Source: Eledone cirrhosa (Eukaryota). From it: a DNA stretch of 64,000 nucleotides. The position numbers and the translations under genes are program-made. The stretch covers positions 212,660,001 to 212,724,000 of the forward strand of contig OZ024740.1 of the NCBI GenBank assembly GCA_964016885.1. Reading direction: 5' to 3'. The notes under the pieces are model-generated. The model was not told where the DNA came from. It made no database searches and saw only the letters and a list, made by a program, of their open reading frames with translations. This document shows positions 23,237-36,021 of the stretch, one piece after another. Position 1 is the stretch's first letter; the number at the start of each line of letters is the position of its first letter.

Positions 23237-25222
23237 CTGTAAAGTGGTTGTATGGGTGTCATGACAAACAGCACCCAGTCCACACTGTAAAGTGGTCATG
23301 TAAGTGTCACAACAAAAAGCACCCAGTCCACACTGTAAAGTGGTCATGTAAGTGTCACAACAAACAGCACCCAGTCCACACTGTAAAGTGGTCATGTAAG
23401 TGTCACAACAAACAGCACCCAGTCCACACTGTAAAGTGGTCATGTAAGTGTCACAACAAACAGCACCCAGTCCACACTGTAAAGTGGTCATGTAAGTGTC
23501 ACAACAAAATGCACACAGTCCACACTGTAAGTGGTCATGTAAGTGTCACAACAAACAGCACCCAGTCCACACTGTAAAGTGGTCATGTAAGTGTCACAAC
23601 AAAATGCACACAGTCCACACTGTAAGTGGTCATGTAAGTGTCACAACAAACAGCACCCAGTCCACACTGTAAAGTGGTCATGTAAGTGTCACAACAAAAA
23701 GCACCCAGTCCACACTGTAAAGTGGTCATGTAAGTGTCACAACAAACAGCACCCAGTCCACACTGTAAGTGGTCATGTAAGTGTCACAACAAACAGCACC
23801 CAGTCCACACTGTAAAGTGGTCATGTAAGTGTCACAACAAACAGCACCCAGTCCACACTGTAAAGTGGTCATGTAAGTGTCACAACAAACAGCACCCAGT
23901 CCACACTGTAAAGTGGTCATGTAAGTGTCACAACAAAATGCACACAGTCCACACTGTAAGTGGTCATGTAAGTGTCACAACAAACAGCACCCAGTCCACA
24001 CTGTAAAGTGGTCATGTAAGTGTCACAACAAACAGCACCCAGTCCACACTGTAAAGTGGTCATGTAAGTGTCACAACAAAAAGCACCCAGTCCACACTGT
24101 AAAGTGGTCATGTAAGTGTCACAACAAACAGCACCCAGTCCACACTGTAAGTGGTCATGTAAGTGTCACAACAAACAGCACCCAGTCCACACTGTAAAGT
24201 GGTCATGTAAGTGTCACAACAAACAGCACCCAGTCCACACTGTAAAGTGGTCATGTAAGTGTCACAACAAACAGCACCCAGTCCACACTGTAAAGTGGTC
24301 ATGTAAGTGTCACAACAAAATGCACACAGTCCACACTGTAAGTGGTCATGTAAGTGTCACAACAAACAGCACCCAGTCCACACTGTAAAGTGGTCATGTA
24401 AGTGTCACAACAAACAGCACCCAGTCCACACTGTAAAGTGGTCATGTAAGTGTCACAACAAACAGCACCCAGTCCACACTGTAAAGTGGTCATGTAAGTG
24501 TCACAACAAACAGCACCCAGTCCACACTGTAAGTGGTCATGTAAGTGTCACAACAAACAGCACCCAGTCCACACTGTAAAGTGGTCATGTAAGTGTCACA
24601 ACAAAAAGCACCCAGTCCACACTGTAAAGTGGTCATGTAAGTGTCACAACAAACAGCACCCAGTCCACACTGTAAAGTGGTCATGTAAGTGTCACAACAA
24701 AAAGCACCCAGTCCACACTGTAAAGTGGTCATGTAAGTGTCACAACAAAATGCACACAGTCCACACTGTAAAGTGGTCATGTAAGTGTCACAACAAACAG
24801 CACCCAGTCCACACTGTAAAGTGGTCATGTAAGTGTCACAACAAACAGCACCCAGTCCACACTGTAAAGTGGTCATGTAAGTGTCACAACAAAAAGCACC
24901 CAGTCCACACTGTAAAGTGGTCATGTAAGTGTCACAACAAACAGCACCCAGTCCACACTGTAAAGTGGTCATGTAAGTGTCACAACAAAAAGCACCCAGT
25001 CCACACTGTAAAGTGGTCATGTAAGTGTCACAACAAAATGCACACAGTCCACACTCTAAAGTGATTGTGTAAATGTGATGACAAAAAGCACCCAGTCCAC
25101 ACTGTAAAGTGGTCTTGTAGGTGTCACAACAAAAAGCACCCAGCCCACACTATAAAGTCGTCATGTAAGTGTCATGACAAAAAGCACCCAGTCCACACTG
25201 TAAAGTGGTCATGTAGGTGTCA
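23237..25222 (+). repeat. 48-bp satellite (about 41 copies) with 191/382-bp higher-order structure, derived from the RTE 3'-UTR module; lies in a host intron
   Basis: Unit CACACTGTAAAGTGGTCATGTAAGTGTCACAACAAACAGCACCCAGTC. A 1-bp deletion in every fourth unit gives ORF starts spaced 191 bp apart (23726, 23917, 24108, 24299, 24490). Confidence 0.95.
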
Positions 25223-25780
25223 CCAACTCTCCAGATCACTGCAAGAAAAATACCTAGACATAAAGCTTTTGTGTGGTTTGCACCACAAAATTTTGCCAGC
25301 TGTGTAACTGGGAAAAGTGAAATATACTCTTGCAAGTGACTTCAGAGAAACACTCCTTAAATACCTACTTCGACATCTTTGTTTACTGTTCTCGTGAAGC
25401 AAAATTCATTCTGAAAAATGTATTTTTTTCAATTTTCAACGTTAACTTTGCACTACACAAATTGCCCCCATTTGGGATTTTTTTAATAGTTGTCTCCCTT
25501 TAAATTATTTAAAGGATGTGTCTATTTATAGATTACCTGCCCTAAGAAACCTCTCCTGTGTTTTCTATAAAACCTCCAAAAATTTGGGGGTAGCCATCTT
25601 CGTTTATATAATAAGCTTTATTTATAGTACCTTTATATCTTGTAATTAATTATACTTAACTCATCCTATTGACTGAGTGCTCTTACCCTTGGGTATTTCT
25701 ACCAATCTCGTACTACAGTATGTATATGTATATATATATATGTATATATATTTATCTACATATATATCTATATATATTTA

Positions 25781-25861
<81 letters not shown>

Positions 25862-25918
25862 TAGGACTGGTGCTCTGAAATAGCGATGTATACATGAATG
25901 TATGTATAGTATATTTGG

Positions 25919-25980
<62 letters not shown>

Positions 25981-25983
<3 letters not shown>

Positions 25984-28900
25984 GGCGACCTAAATGGTCA
26001 CGTTGGACAACATTGTGACGGCTACGACGAAATCCATGGAGGCTATGGGTTTGGTACTAGAAATGAGGAAGGCTCCAGAATCCTGGAATTCTGTGACGCA
26101 AATAACCTAACTATCTGTAACACTAACTTCAAAAAACGTGACAATCACCTGATCACCTATAGATCCGGGGAACACACAAGCCAGGTAGATTATATCCTTA
26201 CCAGAAGACGTGACAGAGTGTCTGTTGTAAACACTAAATCCCTCCCCCATGAAGAATGCACCTCCCAACATAGACTGATAATTAGCGACCTCATAGTCAG
26301 GACGAGACGTACTCGACAGCAGAAGAGGACTATCCTCAGGAGAAAAATATGGAAGCTAAAGGACCTCACAGCCAGAAATAAATTTCAAGCATATTACTTG
26401 ATGCTTTCGACAGTAAGGAAGAGCATTTAGAGTCGGACAATATAGAGGGACAGTGAGAATTTCTGAAAGCAAACCTGCTGATGGTGACAGACGAAGTCTG
26501 TGGCTGGAGCAGGCCTGTAGGCAGGAGGAGAGTAACATGGTGGTGGAACAGTAAGGTGGAGGGGTCAATTAAGGCCAAAAAGCAGGCTTGGAAAGTATGG
26601 CGGGATGGGGGAAGTAGAGAAGACTATCAAGTGGCCAGGAGGGAAGCTAGGAGACAAGTGTACTTCGCAAGAAGGGAAGCAGAGGAAAGAAAGTTCAAGC
26701 ATGTTCTACAACGCGAGGACCAAAAACGTGAGGTGTTTAGGATTGCTAGGCAATGCGTCAAGGAAAACCTTGATATTGTCGGGGAGAAGTGTGTACTTAA
26801 TGATGACGGCGTACTTGCCATCACCGACGCTGATAAGAAGGTAGCTTGGAAGTGTCACTATGAAAGGCTACTAAATGAGGAGAATAAATGGGAGAAAGAC
26901 AGTCTCCCCCACATCGACCCAATAGAGGGACCAGCAGTGTTAGTCGAGGGGAGTATAATAAGTAAGGCAATCAAGGATATGAAGACGGGTAAGGCGGCTG
27001 GGCCTTCGGAAATAGTTGCTGAGATGCTAAAGGCATCTGGCACGGTGGGACACACCATGGTCACCCGCATAGTTAACCAAGTCGTACAGAATGGGGTTGT
27101 TCCGAAGGACTGGCATAGCAGCATCATCGTTAACTGTTATAAGGGTAAAGGAGATGCCCTAGATAGGAGTAACTATAGAGGCATTAAATTAATCGACCAG
27201 GTCATGAAGGTCACGGAAAAAGTAATAGCGCAACTAATCAGAGAGAGAATTGACCTAGATGAAATGCAGTTCGGGTTTGTGTCAGGCAAAAGTACCACAG
27301 ACGCTCTTTTCATTGTACGACAACTACAGGAGAAGTACCTAGCTAAAGGTTAACCCCTCTACTTAGCTTTTGTCGACTTGGAGAAAGCCTTCGACAGAGT
27401 CCCCCGTTCCATTATCTGGTGGGCTCTTAGAAAACTAGGGGTTGACGAATGGCTTGTGAGAGCTATACAAGCCATGTATAAAGAAACAGTCAGCAAGGTT
27501 AGAATTAACAACGAATATAGTGAAGAGTTTAGCGTAAAAGTTGGCGTCCATCAGGGCTCTGTTCTCAGCCCCCTACTATTTATTATTGCCCTTCAGGCTA
27601 TAACAGAGGAGTTCAATACCGGCTGCCCATGGGAACTCCTATACGCAAACGACCTGACACTCATAGCTGAATCAATGGCCGAGCTAGAGAAGAAATTCCA
27701 AACATGGAAGCACGGCCTAGAATCAAAAGGACTTAAAATTAACCTGGCTAAGACTAAAGTTCTAGTTTGTAGGAAAGAAAATAAGGCGGCGGTCCCTTCT
27801 GGGAAATGGCCATGCTCAGTGTGTAGGAAAGGCGTAGGTAGAAACTCCATTTTATGTCCCAAATGCAAAGTATGAGTGCATAAAAGATGTAGTGGGATCA
27901 CAGGTAAGCTAACTAAGAACATAGATTTTACATGTGGCCGGTGCTCTGGTGCAATAAGTAGCAGCAAGTGCCCACAAAATACTAGCTCTTTCAATTGCGC
28001 AGAGGGTTCTATAGAAATAGTGGACAGCTTCCGTTACCTGGGCGACAAAATCAGCAGTGGGGGAGGGTGCTCTGAAAGTACAGTAGCTAGAGTCAGAACT
28101 GGTTGGAAAAAGTTCAGAGAGCTTATACCACTATTAGCCGCTAAAGGGTTCTCCCTAAAAATGAAAGGCAGGTTGTATGATGCCTGCATACGAACAGCAA
28201 TGTTGCATGGCAGTGAGACCTGGGCATTGTGTGCAGAGGATATACGCAGACTAGAGAGGAACGAAGCTTGCATGCTCCGCTGGATGTGTAACAGTAATAT
28301 ACGTGAACGGCAAAGCATAAACGAACTAAGGAAAAAATTAGAAATAAGAGGGATCAGATGTTGTTTACTCGAGAGAAGGCTACGTTGGTATGGACACGTG
28401 ATGCGCATGAAAGTCGATAGCTGTATAACAAAGTGCAGGGCAATAAAGATAGACGGTAGCCACGGAATAGGTAGACCTAGAAAAACCTGGGACGAGCTGA
28501 TAAACTCCGACCTCACACACTTACACCTCTCCAAGACAATGTCACTGGACCGAGACCTTTGGCGGTACTCAGTAACAGAGAAGACCCGCCTTACCTAAAT
28601 ACATTGTAAAACCTACTACAGCCTGTAGGCATCTCTAACAAAATACACCCCGTCCCACCACCCCCACCCCATCCACACCACCCCGTTCTATGTAAAGTTA
28701 TGTTGGTGCCGTGCCATCCAGGCCGAAACAAATGAGATCGTGTAGGTGTCACGACAAAAAAAAACACAGTTCACGCTGTAATGTGGCCGTGTAGGCAACA
28801 CGGTAAAAACCTCCCAGACCCACACTGTAAATGTGGTTGGTGTTAGGAAGGGCATCCAACTGTAGAAAACCTGCCAGACAGTCCTATGCGAGCAAGACAA

Positions 28901-28991
28901 CCACTCTTGCCTCAAGTGGGAATACCCCCGTCCAAACCCATGCAAGCGTGGAACACGGACGTTAAATGTTGATGATGATGATGATGATGAT
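25981..28991 (+). mobile_element. 5'-truncated PHD-RTE LINE (partial APE endonuclease, RT, 3' UTR), intronic and antisense to the host gene
   Basis: [20 protein letters not shown] (APE); KAAGPSE, NYRGIKL, QFGF, STTDA, YAND (mutated YADD), PHD. Stops at 27351 and 27873 and a frameshift near 26390. (TA)n at the 5' end, (GAT)n tail. Confidence 0.93.
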
Positions 28992-29059
28992 ATGTGTGTG
29001 TGTGTGTGTGTTAGCTCTGTTAAATAGACTCTTTCCCATAGGTCACAAATACTGCTCCA

Positions 29060-29847
29060 TCTTTAACAGGCACAGGGTGAATCTAGGATAATCCTATGCT
29101 AAGAATATGAAGGCCCACATCACCAACAGCCCTAATAGCAGCACCCCACCAGGATACTCTTGCCGAAATCCTGAAGCTTGTCCTCTTCAACAACAATGCA
29201 AGATACCCGCTGTCATTTATGAAGCTGTGGTCACTTCCAACCGACCAAATCAACAACAAGAGGTTAAATCCTATGTAGGTATGGTGGAGGGCCAGTTTAA
29301 GGAATGCTTCCTGAACCATCAGATACCCGGACAAACGATCGTCCATGAAACTTGTGAGCCACATATGGTACCTCAAAGACTCAGACGTAGACTACACCAT
29401 CCAATAGAAAGCTATCACTAAGTCTAAGCCATACGAAAGGTGTAATCCTTCATGTGGATGGACTGTGCATTAAAAAAAGGATCAATATTCTAAGAAGATT
29501 ACGCAAAGGAGTGTGCTTTTTTCACGATGTCTGGAAACACCTCTTGCATAATTACAAAGCTCTAGATTGAATAACATCAGCATTCTAATATTCTGATCAA
29601 CTCCAATAATTTATTCTGGACATTCGCAGTTACCTCCCTTAAGAGGAGTGAGTGTTTCTGCGCATGCGTATTCATATGGTTGTTTTTCCTTTTCCATACA
29701 ACTCCACTCAGACCAAGCTGAAGATCCTCATATGGTGAAACATTTGTTCTCAGTATGGTGAACTAACTGTTGTGGAACTACTTCTACCTAACTGGTCCCA
29801 TGGACTGAGTGCTCTACTACTACGGATATAACCCTCCAGTGTTCTAC

Positions 29848-29850
<3 letters not shown>
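29060..29850 (+). mobile_element. Penelope-like element 3' fragment (GIY-YIG plus pseudo-LTR)
   Basis: SCRNPEACPLQQQCKIPAVIYEAVV...SYVGMVEGQFKE..LNH, followed by a 3' UTR with a hammerhead-like core, ending at (TA)n. Confidence 0.75.
29711..29754 (+). ncRNA. Degenerate minimal hammerhead ribozyme motif
   Basis: GACCAAG-CTGAAGA-T CC TCATAT GG T-GAAA-C ATTT G-TT-CTCAGT. Stem I has two mismatches. Confidence 0.4.
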
Positions 29851-29885
<35 letters not shown>

Positions 29886-29929
29886 CAAAATATAGCAACA
29901 ATATGTTAAGAAATTTAAGAAATTCTTAC

Positions 29930-29991
29930 ATGGGGTTCTATAAGTTTAAACTTAATCTTTTCTAAAAATTCCTGGTCTGTAAATGGAATCC
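29930..29991 (-). CDS. Second coding exon (stem region) of the HtrL-like gene
   Basis: TTATATTATTGCAG|GG ATT CCA...CCC CAT|GTAAGA. 62 nt encoding (R)IPFTDQEFLEKIKFKLIEPH, phase 1 in and phase 0 out, matching both neighbouring exons. Confidence 0.7.
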
Positions 29992-30774
29992 CTGCAATAA
30001 TATAAAAACATTATTGAAATACAATACATAATTTTGATATATTTAAATATTAAATATTTCAATAAAAATGAGATCTACATTAAAATTACACATAATTTTC
30101 ACATCAGTTTCTCTCTAACTGGTTTGCCTTTGTAAAGTAAAGTACTATTGAGTAGAACTGGCATGAATAATGGTGTTTGGAATTATTTCTGGGCAAGAAT
30201 GTCAAAGTAAACTGTAGAAGATTCCATCCTGATATAATTACTGGTAAAAAACGTTGTTATGTCATATTCAGTTAAACTCAACTGAATACCATATATAAAT
30301 AACTAATTCTAACTTTAACTTGATAAACTCTAAACAAAAATAATATCTAAACAATAGTTCCAGTACAAATAATAACAGAAACATATCTATGGCTTAATGG
30401 ACATTTTATAACACTCACCTTCTTTCGACAGTTATAACACCATATTTTATAAATATTTTTATTCATTCATTGAAAGGATTGATGCAACCTTTAGTTTGCT
30501 GAAACTTTTATAGTTTTCATTAGAAAAATGTCAGTGTTTATGTCTCATCCCCTAGAACTACATACAAGTATAACATATCTTTGATTGAAGGCAATTTTTG
30601 TGTCAATGTTTGTGTTTGCCTTATCTTTCCTGGTCTTGCATTATTGTCCTAATCAGCTTTCTGACACAAACCTCAAATATTTTTCTGTATTAGACGTTTT
30701 CCATGACCTAGATTCTAAATATATACAATATGTTTTTGGTTTAGTTTTAATTTTATAGTAGACATATATATAGT

Positions 30775-30995
30775 GAGTGGTGGCAGTATTGGTAGAGTGT
30801 CGGAGAACATGCTTTGTGTTAGTATAGTTACGTCTCTTTACGTTCTGAGTTCAAATCCTGCCAAGGTTAGCTTTGTTTTGCCTTTCAACTCTATGGGGTT
30901 GATAAAATAAAGGTCCAGTACCACACTAGGGTTGATTTAATCAACTTTCTACTCCCACAAAATGTTTGACCTGGTATCTGAATTAGAAACCATTT
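30775..30995 (+). mobile_element. Nin-core tRNA SINE
   Basis: TGGCAGTATTGG, GTTCAAATCC, TTGCCTTTCAACTCTATGGGGTTGATAAAATAAAG. Confidence 0.8.
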
Positions 30996-31039
30996 TATAA
31001 GAGACAGAAGTTTTAACATCCAACTCACAGAAATATATC

Positions 31040-33640
31040 TTTCTTTATTTTCCACAAGGGCATACACAAAATGGGACAGTACAAGACGTGATGGTGGTGG
31101 AGGGGGTTACATAGAAATTGTGTAAACTTTAACATTAATAAATTAAAATAAACTATATATTAAAATGAAATAACAATCGAAATCCCCAATAAGGGGAACA
31201 TTACTGAGGGGTTGTTTTTACATCCAATAGATAGAACAACCCTCAACACCAGGAGCATGTTTTGTAGGTGTTCCCGCCTTCCCTCTTTTGTCTTCCTCAA
31301 CATACAGGTTTATATACAGAGAAGGCCCATTCACTCGGGCCATTTTTGCCACATTCACCCACCTTTCAGCGAATTTTCTGGAGTGCAGCACCTCTCCCTC
31401 CACTTTCACCTTCCTTCTGAAGTAATATTTAAAGAAGGGGATGAGTTGTTGTCCGGAGAGGAAGGTGTTTTCCCTCAGTCCTTTCAACCTCATCCACCAT
31501 ATTACGTCTTTCACTATAGCCACCAGACAGAGGAAAACCGCCTCTCTTTCATTCTTAAATAAGGGTGTCCGTGCCTGTAGATTTTGTCATGAATTGGTAG
31601 AGCTCCTCAGTAGCACTGCCAGGCCAGAGACCTCTGGAAGTTATCCATAGGCCCTAGTCAGAAAGTCCTCCGAAACAGACTGGTTAGTTCATCCTCTTCA
31701 ATGCCTAGAGTCTCCCCAAGAATGTCATCAAATTTATCCTCCACTAATCCCCTATAGAATGTTTTGATGTGGAGTCTCCGCTGATTGCCGTTTCTGCTTG
31801 GTAGAGGGCTGTGAGTGCCTGAACGCACTCAAGATGCCAGGCGCCCATCTTTGGTTTTCGCTTGACCCAGGATTGCAGCTCCATTAGCGAGATAAGTTGT
31901 GGAAAAGCTTCGCTCACAAACGACAACCACACCAGTTTACCGGTCAAGAATACCTGGACATGGTGTAGCCTCAGTGTGTGTTTGCGCATCATCAGCCACA
32001 ACTTGCCCAGCCCTCCGTTGGAAAGGTGTTGGCAGCAGATGGATCTCCTCACTAATGGAGCCTGTTTCTTCCAAAGGAACTTGAAGAGTGGACGTTCCAT
32101 TTTGGTGAGGTGATCACGGGGACAAGGCATGACTATCAAGTGGTTGTAGATGATGGACACTATGTAATTGTTTGCCACCTCCACTCGACCATTTAGAGTT
32201 TGCACACAGCCCACTTCTGGGTGAGTGCAAATACCTTTGCCATGACCTCATTCCAGTTTTTGTCCACCTGGAGTTCTGGACCAAACCAGACCCCAAGCAA
32301 TTTCACCGGTCCTTCCATTCAGCATCCAACGACACTGTCGGACGGAAAGGGTTTGCCTCTCCATGAGTCAAGTTGCAAACCAACAGACTTGTTCAGGTTA
32401 AGTTTTGCTCCTGTCAACGTTTCGTATTCCTGTAATAAGTTGCCAATTACCCCAAGTTCCGAGGTTTCAACACTATTATAGTCACGTCGTCTGCATAAGC
32501 CGATGCTACTTTCCACAATCCTGGTTCCATCAAGATGCCCCGCAATAGCTCCAGCTTCTGCAGTAGTGGCTCAAGAGTCAACACATACAGAATGGAGGAG
32601 AGAGGGCATCCTTGACAGATGGAACATATGATTTGGAATTACTCCAATAGGTAGCCATTCACCTTCACTGCCGAACAGATGTTGCTGTGCATGGCAGTGA
32701 TCCAGCCTCTGAAGATGGGACCAAAACCAACCGTCTTGAGAACTGCTTCCAAGTATTGACAGTCGACCCTATCAAATGCCTTAGATTGATCTAAATTGAT
32801 CAGATACCCACCGAAGCCAGGTTTACACCCTACCCTCTCTATGATGTATCGCATGAGGTGGAGGTTGTCGTGTATGGACCTGGTTGGGATTGCACACGCT
32901 TGTGTTCCCCACCAAGTTCTCGACGACAAGCACCGGCCTCATTGCTAACACCTTCAACTTTGTGTTGAGCAGAGTTATGGGCCTGAAATTGCTTATGTTA
33001 TCCTCTTTGTTCTCATCTTTCCTGATCAGCATTACTACACCTCTGCTTACAGAACTGGGAATTCTTGTGTTCTGCTGCCAGTTGCAGTAGACTGTTTCGA
33101 GGACGTCAGAGAACAAGTCTGGCATACCTATGTAAAAAACACAGGGTAAACCATCTAAACTGGGTGATTTGCATTTCCCACAGTGGCCTAGGGCGTCTTC
33201 TATTTCACCCACTGTGATCAGCCTTTTGCAGCTCTCCGCATCCGTGTTCGAGAGTCATGGTAGGCCGTCGAGGTAGGAACTAAAGTCCATCACCATGCTC
33301 GACACACCGCTCTGCCCAAACAGTTGTTCAAAGTGCTGCTGGAAGGCCGTGCACATCCGCTTGGATTGAAGTAGTAAGCGTCCGTATTGGTTTTACAAAG
33401 ATCGAATTGTGGATTTGTTGAAAGAGCACGATGGCCCCCGTCAACTGGCGTTTAACTAAAGTGCTAATCCGTTTACTGTAGGCTTTACACGTCAAGAGCG
33501 ACATGTTTAGCTTCCAATACCCTGGTCCTTGTTTATGTGTTCTATCAAGGTCACTAATTTGTGGTCTGAATAGGCAACCATGTACATTTGTGGACAGTTT
33601 AACGATTCCCTATCATTTTTTTTCTAATTAGAAATATATC
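31040..33640 (-). mobile_element. Decayed Tx1/L1-clade LINE
   Basis: GPGYWKLN, KSPSLDGLP, NFRPITLLNT, LDQSKAFDRV, QGCPLS, AYADD-like, GGLG. Similar along its length to 37330-41025; poly(A)-signal-like 3' end near 31045. Confidence 0.85.
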
Positions 33641-33654
33641 TAGATACGTTCTAG

Positions 33655-35615
33655 AACTTACTTGTACTTGTGTCGACATTCACCCTGGATGGATTGAGCC
33701 GGCTTCTTCCCTTGTCCTGATGGCATCCCGAACCATGGCAGCCCACGCACGACGGACCCGGGCTAGGTCATTGGAGATAGCGAGCCAGTCACGGTTCCAT
33801 CGGCGCAGGCCGGCCACCTGCGGACCTGAGAGTTCGGAGAGGTCCTCCTTGATCGTTGTTGCCCAGGTCTTCAGCTGCCCGCTAACGCGCCTGCGGTAGT
33901 TAGGGAGTGGAGGTGGGAGGAGAACATCGCGGATCATCTCACCCTCAGGGCGCCGGGATGTGTGACCAAACCATCTCAAACACTGTTGCAGAAGCACTGA
34001 AGGAAGGGGTCGAAGATTCAGGCAAAGACGAAGACTGGTGGTAGGTACCCGATCAACGCGTCGACAGTGAAGAATGTGGCAGAGACAGTCATTGTCGAAG
34101 AACTCCAGCCCTCGTTGATCGACTACCCTCACAGGCCATGTTTCACAGCCATAGAGGCGGATAGTGCGAACGACAGCCTGGTAGATTCGCCCTTTGGTCG
34201 CCGAGGTGATCTCTCTTCTGACCCACAGACACCGCTGGAGGCACCCAAAAGCGGATCTGGCAGCACCTATGCGACGCTTGACCTCGGCTGCACCCTGTCC
34301 CATTGGACCCACTGTTGATCCCAGGTAAATGAAGGACTCCACATCCTCCAGGTCCACGCCCTCAAGATATATTGGCTGCCAGGCATTAGGCGAGACCAGT
34401 GAAGTCATGACTTTCGACTTGGCGGCATTGATTCGTAGACCAAAAGCGGCGACTGCAGTGTGCACCCTTTCGAGAGCACCTTGTACATCTGTCCCGTTAG
34501 CGCCCATCAGCATAGACCAGGTCCATCACCATGACCCCTCTCCCTACTTCTATGCCCAGGTAATCCAGGAGCGCTGTGTCGAGTGTAGTCAATGGCGTAG
34601 TTAAAGAAGTTGGCGATAGCGCACACCCCTGCCGAACACCGGTCCCATCATCGAACGACTCCGTCTCCCCACCATAGACCCTCACTTGAGCACGAGTCGA
34701 CCGGTAGTAGCCTTGTATGAGACAAAGCAGCTTCACTGGAATGCCGTCCGCCTACATTATACGCCATAGGGCTTCCCGATCTACCGAGTGGAAGGCAGCT
34801 GCAAAGTCGATGAAACAGAGGACAGTAGGCTGTTGATGTGCCCACCGTTGTTCCAGGACACGCCAGAGAATGAAGATTTGATCAACGCACCCTCTCGCTG
34901 GACAGAAGCTGCCCTTAGAAGGACGGGTACGGACATCACGGATGACCTGGAACCTCTTCAGCAGAAGAATTGCGAAGGTCTTGGCAGCAACGTCAATTAA
35001 ACTGATACCCCTGTAGTTGGAACACAGTTTCCTGTCGCCCTTTTTGAAGAAGGGTAGGAGAGTTGCCTTGCTCCAGTCACCAGGGAACCACTCCGTCGCC
35101 CACACCGAGGAGAAGACTCGATGGAGCCAAGCTGTGAAGACATCAGGCTCGGCCTTGTAGACCTCAGCTGGAATGCCATCCTCGCCCGGCGCCTTGTTGT
35201 TCCAGAGATGTGTTAGGACACCACGTACCTCCTCGACTGTTGGAGGGGCAGTGCTGCACTCGTATTCTTCTCCGGAAGGCTGCACATAGGTTGGCGTGGA
35301 TGTTGGCGGGTCATTAAGACTGGTAATGACCGCCCCGTTCCAATCACGCATCGTCTCGCTGATACCCGTACTGCTTCGGCTGGCCCGCTTCACCAGTTGG
35401 TAGAGCTTGCGCAAGTCACCACAGGCTGCTGCCCTCTCCGTCTGCTCCACAAACTCACGCCAGTGTGCATTCCGATCGGCCCAAATAGCCCGAGATGTGC
35501 GACGTCGGAGATCTCGAAGATTGGGTGCACCCTCGAGTCGGGCCACTCTCGCCCTCTCCACGAGTTCAAGAGTGCTTCGGGTCAACCCGAGATGCTCCCT
35601 GGCCACCTCAACCAT
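33655..35615 (-). mobile_element. 5'-truncated, GC-rich RTE LINE (third RTE family)
   Basis: KAPGEDGIPAE, NYRGISL, FIDFAAAFHSV, GVRQGCALSP, DLVYAD, FIYLGS, LYGCETW, LRWFGH; frameshifted. Confidence 0.88.
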
Positions 35616-35687
35616 CTAATAATGTGGAAACATCTAATAATGTGGAAAAATACAATTTTAAAATAAAAAGAATGCAAAATTATAATA

Positions 35688-35990
35688 CAGGGTGAGTCAT
35701 AAGTAACCGGGGTGGAGGGGGGGTCACGTATTTTTATAGCAAGGTTCACAGATAAGGTTAGGGTGAGTCATAACTAACCGGGGGGGGGGTAGTCTTTGTA
35801 TTTTTATAGCAAGGTTCAGAGATGACCTTTTGAACATCCACTTATTTGTGTGTGATCAGCCATAGTTATATTGTTTTAACTACTTTGTTTTGATGTATAT
35901 ATCATTTTATAATGTATAACCAGAAATTTGGTAAATATTATCATTTGGAATATAAATGTTGTCCTGCCTGATTACCTATGACTCACCCTG
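35688..35990. mobile_element. Tc1/mariner-type MITE with TA target-site duplication
   Basis: TA-CAGGGTGAGTCATAAGTAA...TTACCTATGACTCACCCTG-TA, with an internal partial duplication of the left end near 35760. Confidence 0.75.
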
Positions 35991-36021
35991 TATAAAGAAA
36001 AATATATAAAATATAACTTAC

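Noticed and set aside
23237-25222. CRISPR array, or Cys/His-rich repeat protein (KWSCKCHNKQHPVHTV)n
   Set aside because: There are no unique spacers and no cas genes, and the context is eukaryotic. The ORFs arise because the unit is 48 bp, and they are broken by regular 1-bp deletions.
30410-30475. Extra host exon ending at the donor-like GAAG|GTGAGT near 30419
   Set aside because: Its ATG-initiated open frames end in phase 0 or 2, whereas the next exon needs phase 1.
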